Source: a virus
Lineage: Duplodnaviria > Caudoviricetes
Strand: one strand, 5' to 3'
Length of the DNA stretch: 64,000 nt
Virus record (IMG/VR): IMGVR_UViG_2931369376_000001
Location: 16,994-80,993 of that record
Position 1 is the first letter of the stretch, and each line of letters begins with the position of its first letter. Below are positions 18,706 through 27,095 of this stretch, one piece after another. Both the position numbers and the translations under genes were made by a program. Below the pieces are notes generated by a model. That model was not told the DNA's origin, searched no databases, and saw only the letters and a list, made by a program, of their open reading frames with translations.

Positions 18706-19503
18706 TCAGGCTTGCAGCTGCTCGGGCTGCCTGTCGGCCTGGTGGCGCAGGTAGAACGCGGCCAGGTCCATCGGGAACAGCGATCGCTCACCGGCCTCGA
18801 TGGCGGTGTCGAAGGTCCACTGGCGAGTCTCCGAACTCAGCCGGTGCCAACCAGTGTTTGGAAAGTATCCAAAGTAGGACAGCTCTTCAGTGGCGTCACA
18901 TAGTTGGAAGTGAGTGGCCATGGCCTCTTCGCCCATCATTCGCTGGATCTCATCCAGGTGGTACGGGCGCAGCCCACCAGGCAGCGCATGACCGTTGTAG
19001 GCTATAGGGGGTTCCAGCCCCATGGTTTCGCTACGTTCCAGGTGAAACGCCAGCGATCGAACCGGACCGGCGTCATCGTTCACTGCATAGGCTGCATGCT
19101 TGAACAAGCGTCTCGCCCTCGGCATGCCCTCTTCCACGGGCGCTTCCACCGGTACCCGTGGCCTTGCTACCAACTTCGGGTGAACAGCGCCCAGGGCTAC
19201 AGTGGGGGCTTCCTGCGGCTGATCGCCGGCGTCAGGTGCAGCCGATGGCCTGGACCTGGAAGGCTTCAGCAGCTCAGGACGTTCACGCAGCGGCAGAAAT
19301 CCGTCTTCGCCGAGGATCACGCTACCCACCTCGCGCCCCAGCTCGGCCTGGTCCAACACGAACTCAACCAACGCCAGGCCGCGCGCCAGCAATAGGTTCA
19401 GGTTCTTGTGGCCGCAACGCTTCAACAGCCCCTCAACGCGCGCCATGCTGTCGGGCGCCATAGTAAAAACGATCTCGTGACGCTGTGGTGCCTGGGCAGT
19501 CAT
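18706..19503 (-). CDS. Hypothetical protein, possible N-terminal RHH domain
   Basis: First gene after the bipartite promoter motif. Confidence 0.6.
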   Translation of the reverse strand: MTAQAPQRHEIVFTMAPDSMARVEGLLKRCGHKNLNLLLARGLALVEFVLDQAELGREVGSVILGEDGFLPLRERPELLKPSRSRPSAAPDAGDQPQEAPTVALGAVHPKLVARPRVPVEAPVEEGMPRARRLFKHAAYAVNDDAGPVRSLAFHLERSETMGLEPPIAYNGHALPGGLRPYHLDEIQRMMGEEAMATHFQLCDATEELSYFGYFPNTGWHRLSSETRQWTFDTAIEAGERSLFPMDLAAFYLRHQADRQPEQLQA

Positions 19504-19536
19504 GGTGGCCTCTGCGTGTCTTAATTTAGCTTGCGT

Positions 19537-19573
19537 CATAATGACATAAAAACACCTTATCACAATAGCGTTT
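19537..19573 (-). promoter_or_regulatory. Bipartite early promoter/operator, copy A
   Basis: Minus strand AAACGCTATTRTGAT-N12-TGTCATTATG, with three copies at identical spacing. Confidence 0.7.
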
Positions 19574-19616
19574 GTGTGTTTTTTGTTCGGTTTGCCGGGC
19601 GCCAACCTCCAGACAC

Positions 19617-19640
19617 AAAAAAGCCCGCACGCGGCGGGCT
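19617..19640 (-). terminator. Intrinsic terminator
   Basis: AGCCCGC/GCGGGCT stem followed by a U-tract. Confidence 0.75.
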
Positions 19641-19662
19641 ACTGGGTAATCGATGGCGTTAG

Positions 19663-19926
19663 CTACCCCGCCGCCTCGGCTTCTGCATCCTGCACCAACT
19701 TGTTCACCCCTCCTATCAACTCGCCAACGGCCACGTTATAGGCTTCCTCTGCCCTGGCACACTCGCGCAGCACTTTGGCACGCTGCCTGGCGGTTAGGTC
19801 ATTCAACTGCTCCAGCGGCTGCATTGCCTTGCGGTGTTCCACCTGGGCTTCATTCACAGGATCAAGGAAGCGGCGCAGGTAGACGGTTTCAATCTTTGCC
19901 ATGACGGGTCTGTCCTGGTTCATCAA
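19663..19926 (-). CDS. Small hypothetical protein
   Basis: Member of the small-ORF array. Confidence 0.55.
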   Translation of the reverse strand: MMNQDRPVMAKIETVYLRRFLDPVNEAQVEHRKAMQPLEQLNDLTARQRAKVLRECARAEEAYNVAVGELIGGVNKLVQDAEAEAAG

Positions 19927-20140
19927 ATTTGTGGGTCTTTACGTACTGTACGAGTGCCACACAGCCCTGGCAGTCCACGAGAGCGTCAGTGGGCAGCGCC
20001 TGGTCGAGATCGGACTGCTTGAGGCCACAGAGGGTGGCAAGCAGTCCACGACCTACGTAATGCGTTTGGTCACGACCAGGGTCATAGACCTTCTCTGCCA
20101 GTGGCTTGTGTTTGGTCATTCTGCTTGCCTCATCGGACAT
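19889..20140 (-). CDS. Small hypothetical protein (H..LCG..CQGC zinc motif)
   Basis: Member of the small-ORF array. Confidence 0.5.
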   Translation of the reverse strand: MSDEASRMTKHKPLAEKVYDPGRDQTHYVGRGLLATLCGLKQSDLDQALPTDALVDCQGCVALVQYVKTHKFDEPGQTRHGKD

Positions 20141-20165
20141 GGCGTTGGATCGAACATAAACGGCG

Positions 20166-20423
20166 TTACTCGCTCGCGGTGGCCACCTGAAACACTCGCG
20201 CGCCTTCCTCAGTCATCACCGACGCCCAGTGCCCCCAGTTTCGATACGGCGCCGCCCAACCTTTGCGGTATAGCGCACGGATGGCGGGCACGTGCCGTTG
20301 CGCCGTGATGACTTCCGGGTGCTGCTGACTGAACTGATCCAGTTCGTTCAGCAGGCAGGCATAGGGATAGCTGCGTGCCAGAAATCGCATCACTTCAATC
20401 TGACGCGGGGTCGGCTTGGTCAT
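20166..20423 (-). CDS. Small hypothetical protein
   Basis: Preceded by the ACTGAAAGGAACCC repeat. Confidence 0.65.
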   Translation of the reverse strand: MTKPTPRQIEVMRFLARSYPYACLLNELDQFSQQHPEVITAQRHVPAIRALYRKGWAAPYRNWGHWASVMTEEGARVFQVATASE

Positions 20424-20437
20424 GACGGGGGTTCCTT

Positions 20438-20677
20438 TCAGTACTTGACCGGGTCGCCTTTGTACCGCCAGCGCTCGACCAGTTGTGCGGTCCAGCTCTC
20501 GCCCAGCCGGGCCAGCGCCTCAGCTATGGTGTCATTGCCCGCGGCCAGCAAGTCGGCACGGTTCGCGGCCAGCACCACATACAGGTACTCGCCACGGCTC
20601 AGCACGCCCAGGCTCGTTTCATCGCCCTTGGCCACGCGCAGCGCCAGGGCGTCCAGATGATCCAGTTGTTCACTCAT
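20438..20677 (-). CDS. Small hypothetical protein
   Basis: GAAAGGAA RBS. Confidence 0.65.
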   Translation of the reverse strand: MSEQLDHLDALALRVAKGDETSLGVLSRGEYLYVVLAANRADLLAAGNDTIAEALARLGESWTAQLVERWRYKGDPVKY

Positions 20678-20736
20678 GGTTGAATTCCTTTCTGTTCGTT
20701 ATGGGTATTCGAACGACGCCATGGCGCGGGTTCCTT

Positions 20737-21036
20737 TCAGTTATGACGCTCGGCCGCATCGACCTCTATTTGCGCGGCTTTACTGGCCCGCGACTCGGCG
20801 TCAGCGGTACGGTGTGCCGCTTCCATTTCAGGGGCCTTGGCTTGCTGATACAGCGCCTCGCGCTCTTGCTCGCTGATTACCTGAGCATCCAGCAGGCCCA
20901 GCAAGTAACCCTCAATGCGGACCATGGCGCGAGCCACGTCACGTTGCGTTTCGGCAGTGTCGAATGCCGCTCGCAGCCAGAACAAGCGGTCAAGTTGTAC
21001 GGCGTTCAGTTTCCTTTCAGCGGCAATCGTAGTCAT
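20737..21036 (-). CDS. Small hypothetical protein
   Basis: Preceded by the ACTGAAAGGAACCC repeat. Confidence 0.6.
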   Translation of the reverse strand: MTTIAAERKLNAVQLDRLFWLRAAFDTAETQRDVARAMVRIEGYLLGLLDAQVISEQEREALYQQAKAPEMEAAHRTADAESRASKAAQIEVDAAERHN

Positions 21037-21073
21037 AGAACGGGTTCCTTTCAGTTGGCTTGAGGTGTGCGGG

Positions 21074-21298
21074 CTATTCGCCTTGGGCGGCGCCCCAGTC
21101 CAGCGGCTCGCCCACAATCCGCGCTGCCGCAAGTTTGGCACCGCGCACGGTGTCGTAACGGCGCGGCAGCTCCAGCCAGGCCATGTCGCCCTTGTACCCG
21201 GTGTTGCACGTCAGCACGATGCCCTTGTGCGAGCTGTTTACGGCCTCAATACGCATTTCATTGATCCCCACCTTGGCGGTGAACAGAACCTGACTCAT
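21074..21298 (-). CDS. Small hypothetical protein (ELPRxYxTxRGAK family)
   Basis: AAGGAAG RBS; paralogous to the N-terminus of 21877-22377. Confidence 0.65.
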   Translation of the reverse strand: MSQVLFTAKVGINEMRIEAVNSSHKGIVLTCNTGYKGDMAWLELPRRYDTVRGAKLAAARIVGEPLDWGAAQGE

Positions 21299-21353
21299 GG
21301 CGGCTTCCTTACAAGATTGCCGGTAGTAGCCACATCATGCTGATGACAGCATA

Positions 21354-21369
21354 CTGGTTATACATACAG
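21354..21369. promoter_or_regulatory. LexA (SOS) box
   Basis: CTGGTTATACATACAG fits CTG-N10-CAG with an AT-rich core, 15 nt before ATG 21385. Confidence 0.8.
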
Positions 21370-21384
21370 TTTTAGGTGTAAGCC

Positions 21385-21645
21385 ATGCCCCGTGAACTAC
21401 CGACATTCAGGCCGGTCACGCTGGACGAATTGCGTTCGATCTGGTCCCAGTATCCTGACCCCGATATCCGCCGCTTGGTGCTTGAGGTCGAGCGGTACCG
21501 GCGTGTTATCAAAGAGATCGACCAACTGTACAAAACCACGCACCAGGCCTGGCGCGATACGGTTGGCGGCAATCTCACCGCGCTGCACTTGCTTCAGAAA
21601 CTCATGTTCCTGGAAATTGGACGCCTGCCCTACACACCGGACTGA
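21385..21645 (+). CDS. SOS-regulated small protein
   Basis: The only plus-strand gene in this block, with a LexA box upstream. Confidence 0.75.
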   Translation: MPRELPTFRPVTLDELRSIWSQYPDPDIRRLVLEVERYRRVIKEIDQLYKTTHQAWRDTVGGNLTALHLLQKLMFLEIGRLPYTPD

Positions 21646-21875
21646 TTCAGCTCGCGGGTTATCGCTTCTTCCAGGTGATGGCTGTAGGCAGCATCGGCCA
21701 GCTCTCGCATGTCATGGGCCTCCAGGGGATCCACCAGGCCATCGGCTTTCAACTGGTCCACCTCGCCGCGCAGGTCCGCGTGCCATGTATCGAGCGGACC
21801 AGCGGGAGGGCGTTCTAACTGGTCCTGCCAGTCCGCCAGGCGACGGGCTTTTTCGGTGGGTAGGCTCTCGGTCAT
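21630..21875 (-). CDS. Small acidic helical protein
   Basis: GGAGG RBS; convergent with and overlapping the SOS gene. Confidence 0.65.
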   Translation of the reverse strand: MTESLPTEKARRLADWQDQLERPPAGPLDTWHADLRGEVDQLKADGLVDPLEAHDMRELADAAYSHHLEEAITRELNQSGV

Positions 21876-21876
21876 G

Positions 21877-22377
21877 TCAACCTCCATCAAATTTTGGGGC
21901 GTCGGTGTCTTCATCCCACCGTGCGATCGGCATGCGGCAGTTGCTGCAATACGCCGTCCTGCCAACGGTGTGGTTCAGCCCGTCGTACATGCCGGTGTTG
22001 TCGGCCCATGCGCCAGAGAAGGACCGGTGATAGCCGCCGACCCCCTTGTAACGCTGAACCACATGGAATGTATCGCTTCCACAATGGGGGCAGGCTTTCA
22101 AATCACTGATCGGTGGCAGCCCTGCTTTCTTCTTCGGCAGGTCCGCCGGCGCTTCGCCCGGTCTTACCCACACCAGCTTTTCACCTGCCAACAACCCCGC
22201 CGCCTGCTTGGCGCCTCGCTCAGTGCGGTAGATGCGCGGCAACTCGTCGAATACCTTGAAACCTGATCGCGTGAACCCACAGTCAAGGAAAAACAGTGCA
22301 GGCTCGTCGGTGTCGGCCAGGCTGATGTACAGGGATTCCCCGCTTTTCAGTTTGGCCTCTAACAGCAGCTTTTCCAT
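21877..22377 (-). CDS. Two-module protein: ELPRxYxTxRGAK domain plus zinc ribbon
   Basis: CPHCG and CSNC motifs; first gene after promoter copy B. Confidence 0.65.
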   Translation of the reverse strand: MEKLLLEAKLKSGESLYISLADTDEPALFFLDCGFTRSGFKVFDELPRIYRTERGAKQAAGLLAGEKLVWVRPGEAPADLPKKKAGLPPISDLKACPHCGSDTFHVVQRYKGVGGYHRSFSGAWADNTGMYDGLNHTVGRTAYCSNCRMPIARWDEDTDAPKFDGG

Positions 22378-22412
22378 CAGCAATCCTCAACTATCCGACC
22401 AGTCCACACTGA

Positions 22413-22449
22413 CATAATGACACAAAGACGCCACATCATAATAGCGTTT
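22413..22449 (-). promoter_or_regulatory. Bipartite early promoter/operator, copy B
   Basis: Plus strand CATAATGACA-N12-ATCATAATAGCGTTT. Confidence 0.7.
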
Positions 22450-22482
22450 TAATGTTTATCTATTGATGTCTGCCCTTGCTTA

Positions 22483-23133
22483 TCAGAACGATTCGTCTGT
22501 TTGGCCGCCGGCATGCGCATAGCTGATGTTAGGCAATTCAAACCGGACGATCAGGCTGGATGACTGGCCCTCGCTCAACAGCCTCACAGCTGCTCGTCTG
22601 ACGTCTTCTTGGGCCGCTTTCTGAATTGCTTCGACATTTGCGTAGCCAACAGTATCCGGCACTTCCAGGTAGGTGTACGTGATGTCACCGGTGGCGAGCG
22701 CTGCCTTCTCAAAGGCCTGGAACTTCTGCACGTAGTCGGCCTGGTCTTTCGCTGTGTTCCTCAGCGTCACCATGTCGATAAACGACTTCTCGTTTTCCAT
22801 GGAAATGATATTGAAGGACTTGACCAGCGCGTTGGACACCTTCTGATAAAGGCTCTGCTGGTATGGCGCGACCAGCGCAACCGCATCCAACTTGTTCTCC
22901 CTGAAGAACAGGGCGACGGTGAACTTCTGCCCGACAAACTCAAAATTGTCGGTGCACCGGCCTGTGTGCTCGCTGTTCGAACAGTCGTAATAGCCCGCCG
23001 ACCGGGTGTATTTCGCAATGGGGGTGCCGTAGGTGTAGTCCTTGAACAGACTCACGCCAGCGGACGCGGTGGGCATGCCAGAAAGCAGGCCAAGGCCAGT
23101 GGTGAGCGCGATCGCGAGTAGCTTTTTCGACAT
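22483..23133 (-). CDS. Secreted/periplasmic protein (moron)
   Basis: Sec signal MSKKLLAIALTTGLGLLSGMPTASA and one Cys pair. Confidence 0.75.
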   Translation of the reverse strand: MSKKLLAIALTTGLGLLSGMPTASAGVSLFKDYTYGTPIAKYTRSAGYYDCSNSEHTGRCTDNFEFVGQKFTVALFFRENKLDAVALVAPYQQSLYQKVSNALVKSFNIISMENEKSFIDMVTLRNTAKDQADYVQKFQAFEKAALATGDITYTYLEVPDTVGYANVEAIQKAAQEDVRRAAVRLLSEGQSSSLIVRFELPNISYAHAGGQTDESF

Positions 23134-23231
23134 CGAGGAAAGTCCCTTTAGCATTGGATTATTGGCGTTGTGCCAGCAAACAATACTATGAAAGGGACAC
23201 CGCCGCTTCGGTGCGGCGGGTTCAGTGGTTA

Positions 23232-23600
23232 TCAGGCGCCAGCGATGGGGGTTTTGCGCTTTTTGATGATTTTGAGCCGGTAGTTCGCACAGCACGCGGT
23301 GCAAAACACGCGCATGGAGCCAGACCGGTTTTGTTTGAACTGGCCACCGCATTCACACCTTGCCGTCTCCAGGTGCTTGGCCACCAGGGTGTTGATCGCC
23401 GCATTGTTGTTTCGCCGCGGGGCAGTGATGCCCAGCGCCTTGCAGACGCGCCGATATTCCGTCTTGATCCATGCTTCATCTGGTTCATGGCCCAAGCCGT
23501 CGCCAAGCATGTCCCCCAGCTGGACCAACTGCCGATACAGCCCCGCCTTGGGATCCTCCGGTGGCTTGGGCTTGTGCTCTTCAAACAGGTCCGCTTGCAT
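23232..23600 (-). CDS. Hypothetical protein with CxC..CxxC
   Basis: Last gene of the coupled early operon. Confidence 0.65.
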   Translation of the reverse strand: MQADLFEEHKPKPPEDPKAGLYRQLVQLGDMLGDGLGHEPDEAWIKTEYRRVCKALGITAPRRNNNAAINTLVAKHLETARCECGGQFKQNRSGSMRVFCTACCANYRLKIIKKRKTPIAGA

Positions 23601-24054
23601 TGCCTGCCCCCCTACCCGCTTGTGCTAACACCTCAGGTACCAGCACCGAGTCGCCACGATGGGCCAATACGATCGACCGGCACGCTGCAACCCGAATGTT
23701 GGGCCCGGCGCCGAGGCGCGAAAACTTTGGAAAGCCATCGGCCTCAAGCTTGTAACCGTGGGCACGGATACGCACCTGGTCCGCGGTGCGTGGCTGCTCG
23801 GGAGTGCAGACCGCGCCAAAGGTCACAAAAAAGCGCTCCAGCAGCGGCCCGCACTGGCCCCAGTCAACAGTTGGCCGGTAAGCGCAGCCCGTGGCGACCT
23901 GGAACACCCGCCAGCCGGTGCCGTAGTGTGGTGGCGCCAGATCAACCGGCACGCCTTCAATTTGCGCCACAACCCAATGCAGCGCCGGGCCGTCCAATTC
24001 CGCCGTCTTGACCTCAACCATGTTCAACGCACCAGTAACCGGCCCTTTACTCAT
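23581..24054 (-). CDS. DUF2591/NinX-like phage protein
   Basis: VKTAELDGPALHWVVAQIEG..YRPTVDWGQCGPLLE. Confidence 0.6.
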   Translation of the reverse strand: MSKGPVTGALNMVEVKTAELDGPALHWVVAQIEGVPVDLAPPHYGTGWRVFQVATGCAYRPTVDWGQCGPLLERFFVTFGAVCTPEQPRTADQVRIRAHGYKLEADGFPKFSRLGAGPNIRVAACRSIVLAHRGDSVLVPEVLAQAGRGAGNASGPV

Positions 24055-24620
24055 GCCGCCGCCCTCTGGCCGACCATCACATCAGCGACGATTTCCCACA
24101 GCTGGGCCGGTGACCATTGGAACCGGTCAAAATCTCCATCTGGCGTCACACCGACACGGCACGTCGAGTGGGCGCCTTTCTGGCCCTCGTATGTCTTCTG
24201 CATAATCGTCGCCACCTTGCCGTCACCCTGAGGCTCTGTGCGGTGGTATTTGTAGGCGCTCTGGTGGTAGCTCTGGCCAGCGCTGATAACGTTGTCACAC
24301 ATGGCAATCATGTCCGTCCGGCCATCCGGCACCCAAGGGCGCCCGCCTTTCTCCGTTCGGGCGCCTTCATGCAGGTACATCACAAATTCGCCGTCATCGC
24401 TCCACACATCAGCGAATTCGATGTTGCGCTGAGCGCCCACCAGCACACGTGATGTGAAATCAAAGCGGTGGTCATGGATCGCCGAGTGCTCGAAACAAGT
24501 CCGCCGCGGCAACTCCGGGTGCCAGACATGCAACCGCTGATTCCCCTGGAGCTGGACCTGAACAAAGCCCAGGCCATGCAGGGTGATTTTGTCCGTCATT
24601 ACGTCGTCAATGATGCTCAT
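24051..24620 (-). CDS. Cupin-like metal-binding hypothetical protein
   Basis: LHVWHP..IHDHRFDFTSRVLVG..YH motifs. Confidence 0.5.
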   Translation of the reverse strand: MSIIDDVMTDKITLHGLGFVQVQLQGNQRLHVWHPELPRRTCFEHSAIHDHRFDFTSRVLVGAQRNIEFADVWSDDGEFVMYLHEGARTEKGGRPWVPDGRTDMIAMCDNVISAGQSYHQSAYKYHRTEPQGDGKVATIMQKTYEGQKGAHSTCRVGVTPDGDFDRFQWSPAQLWEIVADVMVGQRAAA

Positions 24621-25084
24621 ACCTGCTCCCCCTGGGTCATGGCTGCGGTTGCAATCGATTCAATCTGGTCGCAGTGGCTGTAGATGTCCTGGACGTCATC
24701 GCGCCCATTCACGCAATCACGGACGGTTGGGCGGATATTTCCATCGACCTCAGCGGCAATGTCCTGGAGTGCCTGTCGCAAACGCTGGTTCTCGGCGATT
24801 AGCGCCTTAACAGCGGTCGAGACGTTCAGGTGCCCGAGGTCCACGGTAATGGCCTGGGCTTCATCGAACAGCTTGACCTTTTGATCACGCTCTTCAGCCG
24901 CTTGCCTGGCCTCTTCCTGATCACGAATCTTCAAGCACCGCTTACAAGTGACGTAACGCCAGTCGTTGGTCAGCTGTTCGTCCGTCATGTCGCCTTCGGT
25001 ACCGCAATAGACATGTTCTGGCATGTCCTGGTCCGCCTCGGTGCCCCCGTCCCACGGGTAGAGGTGAATCACACGCTTGCTCAC
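24617..25084 (-). CDS. Hypothetical protein
   Basis: Coupled ORF with VYCG..VTCKRC. Confidence 0.65.
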   Translation of the reverse strand: MSKRVIHLYPWDGGTEADQDMPEHVYCGTEGDMTDEQLTNDWRYVTCKRCLKIRDQEEARQAAEERDQKVKLFDEAQAITVDLGHLNVSTAVKALIAENQRLRQALQDIAAEVDGNIRPTVRDCVNGRDDVQDIYSHCDQIESIATAAMTQGEQV

Positions 25085-26304
25085 GGCGTCTCTCCCTTGC
25101 TCCTGGCAGCGTCGATCACAGCGTCGACGTCAGTGAACTCCGCGTCACTCGGGAACCAGTCTTGAATCAACCAGATGAAGGTCTGCTTTTCTCGAAGCCA
25201 CAGGTACCGATCGGCATTCTTGCGTACTGCCGATAGGCCCCGCTTCACTTGGGCGACGAGATCACACAGCTTGGCTTGAGGCGCGGCACCTTCGCCGTTG
25301 AGTAATACGTCCAGTTCACGCACCAGGGCATCAATGTCCGCGGCGGCATACCAACTTTCGACAGCCGAAGCCGGTGCACCGTCAAGTGCCTGATTGAGGC
25401 GTTTCAGCTCGGCCTCGTATCCGGCCCAGCCATCGGCATAGCCTTCATCCCAATCGTGACTGTTGTGAGGGTTACCGACCTTCCGCTCCGGCAAAACCAT
25501 CGCTACCGGCGCGGGCTGATCGGGAACAAGGAACGGAACCCACACATACCCGCCGCGTTCCGCCTGCTCAATTGCCTTGGTATCCGGGGATCGCGATTGA
25601 TGACCTATGACGAACCCATCATGCTTTCGCGTCAGGTTCCAGCCTTGCGACAGGCCGGTGGGCTTTGGCTCGCCCTGGGCCTCATCGGCTGGTACGGGTT
25701 GGCTTGAGAGGAAAGCGTTACGAGCAGCCCACCAAGCGGGCGTTACGTGCCAGGCGTTGCGTAACAGCTCCTGCGCCTTCGCCAATTCGGATTTCATGGC
25801 GTCCTGTTTGTGGCAAAGGTGGGTGGTGCGCCCCTTCCACAGCTTGACCTCTGCTCGTAGCGCCGTGCCAGTTTCCTCGGCCGCTTCCATGTAGTCGTTC
25901 TTGTGCTGGCGCAGTTGGCGTACCTCAGCCTGCAACCGGGTGACGTGGGCGCGGTCTACCAACTCCACAAGCACGGGACCGGTATAGTTTTCGGACAGTT
26001 CCAATAGTTCGTCCTTGGTCAACCGAATGGCGTAGCGGTTGCCCTTGACGCTATAGCCCAGCACTTCCACATCCCCGCCAGCAGGCGGCACAGGGTCAGC
26101 CCCGTTCATGCGGCGTTCGATCATCTGCCAGGCGGGCTCGTACTCGGGCCAGTCGCTTTCAACGACCAGGCACTCGCGATGGGGCAGATGAGACAGCAGG
26201 GATAGCATCGGGTCCACTAGGTGACCACGGTACGCCACAGGCACCTTTTTCAGGTCGCTGCGCTTGATGACGATATAGCGGTTTTCGCGTTCGAAGTTAC
26301 TCAT
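25081..26304 (-). CDS. Ead/Ea22-like mosaic phage protein
   Basis: FERENRYIVIK start and a DADRY.WLR-like end (KNADRYLWLRE). Confidence 0.6.
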   Translation of the reverse strand: MSNFERENRYIVIKRSDLKKVPVAYRGHLVDPMLSLLSHLPHRECLVVESDWPEYEPAWQMIERRMNGADPVPPAGGDVEVLGYSVKGNRYAIRLTKDELLELSENYTGPVLVELVDRAHVTRLQAEVRQLRQHKNDYMEAAEETGTALRAEVKLWKGRTTHLCHKQDAMKSELAKAQELLRNAWHVTPAWWAARNAFLSSQPVPADEAQGEPKPTGLSQGWNLTRKHDGFVIGHQSRSPDTKAIEQAERGGYVWVPFLVPDQPAPVAMVLPERKVGNPHNSHDWDEGYADGWAGYEAELKRLNQALDGAPASAVESWYAAADIDALVRELDVLLNGEGAAPQAKLCDLVAQVKRGLSAVRKNADRYLWLREKQTFIWLIQDWFPSDAEFTDVDAVIDAARSKGETP

Positions 26305-26737
26305 GGCTTTGAGCCTCGGCGGTTGAATTGAGGGCCGCGTCGATCCTGGAAAGGAGTGCGTAGAGTTCGTCACCGTCACCCAGGCCCTTCATCCCGGCGT
26401 GATATTCAACACTTCGACGGGCTTCCAGCAGCAAATTCAACAATCCATCCCTCCGCTGGTGCTGTGCTTTGAGGCGCTTTTGGAGGGAGTCACGCTGTAG
26501 GCCTGAGCGCGCCAGCAACCGGTCATAGTTCTGGTTGTCCTGGCGCAGACGATCGACTTGCAGGACCAGACTCTCGCGATCATCGGCACCCGCACAGGCT
26601 GAATCCGGCTTGAAGATAGGCATCGTGAGCGGTGTAGGCCCCTTGCCGGAGCCAGACCGCCCAGGGCAGTCCGGCGCGTGGCGTTCCGGGGCAGCCTTGA
26701 AGCCAGCAGGGCAATTGCAAAACGTGAATCGGCTCAT
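26297..26737 (-). CDS. Hypothetical coiled-coil protein
   Basis: Coupled ORF. Confidence 0.6.
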   Translation of the reverse strand: MSRFTFCNCPAGFKAAPERHAPDCPGRSGSGKGPTPLTMPIFKPDSACAGADDRESLVLQVDRLRQDNQNYDRLLARSGLQRDSLQKRLKAQHQRRDGLLNLLLEARRSVEYHAGMKGLGDGDELYALLSRIDAALNSTAEAQSHE

Positions 26738-27051
26738 ATCGCCCCCCGGGACGCCTGACCAGCTTCGTTCTGGCCCGCCGGCGGATGGTCATGCCCAGGG
26801 CAGCCACCACCTGCGTAGTCAAAGCCTTCGCAGGGCGCACCGACGGGAAGGACCTCCCGGCCTTGGGCCAGGCACTCCAGCAGACGGTCTTTTGCCTGGT
26901 CGGCAGTACAGGGCCGTCCATCTTCAAGCTTGAATAGCCCCTTGAGCTGACGCTTGCTGAAATCGCGGATGGCGCCACGAACGCTCAGGTGGACGTGAAA
27001 GGTGCGCCCGGTCGGGCCGAAAGGCTCGGTAGGCTTCTGTTCTGCGAGCAT
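26734..27051 (-). CDS. Hypothetical protein
   Basis: HLSVRGAI...GREVLPVG.PCEGFDY.GGGCPGH, a conserved-looking phage motif. Confidence 0.65.
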   Translation of the reverse strand: MLAEQKPTEPFGPTGRTFHVHLSVRGAIRDFSKRQLKGLFKLEDGRPCTADQAKDRLLECLAQGREVLPVGAPCEGFDYAGGGCPGHDHPPAGQNEAGQASRGAI

Positions 27052-27095
27052 GATGAGTCCTATGCCGGGATATCCCCCGGCGGTGGGTTCTGGAG

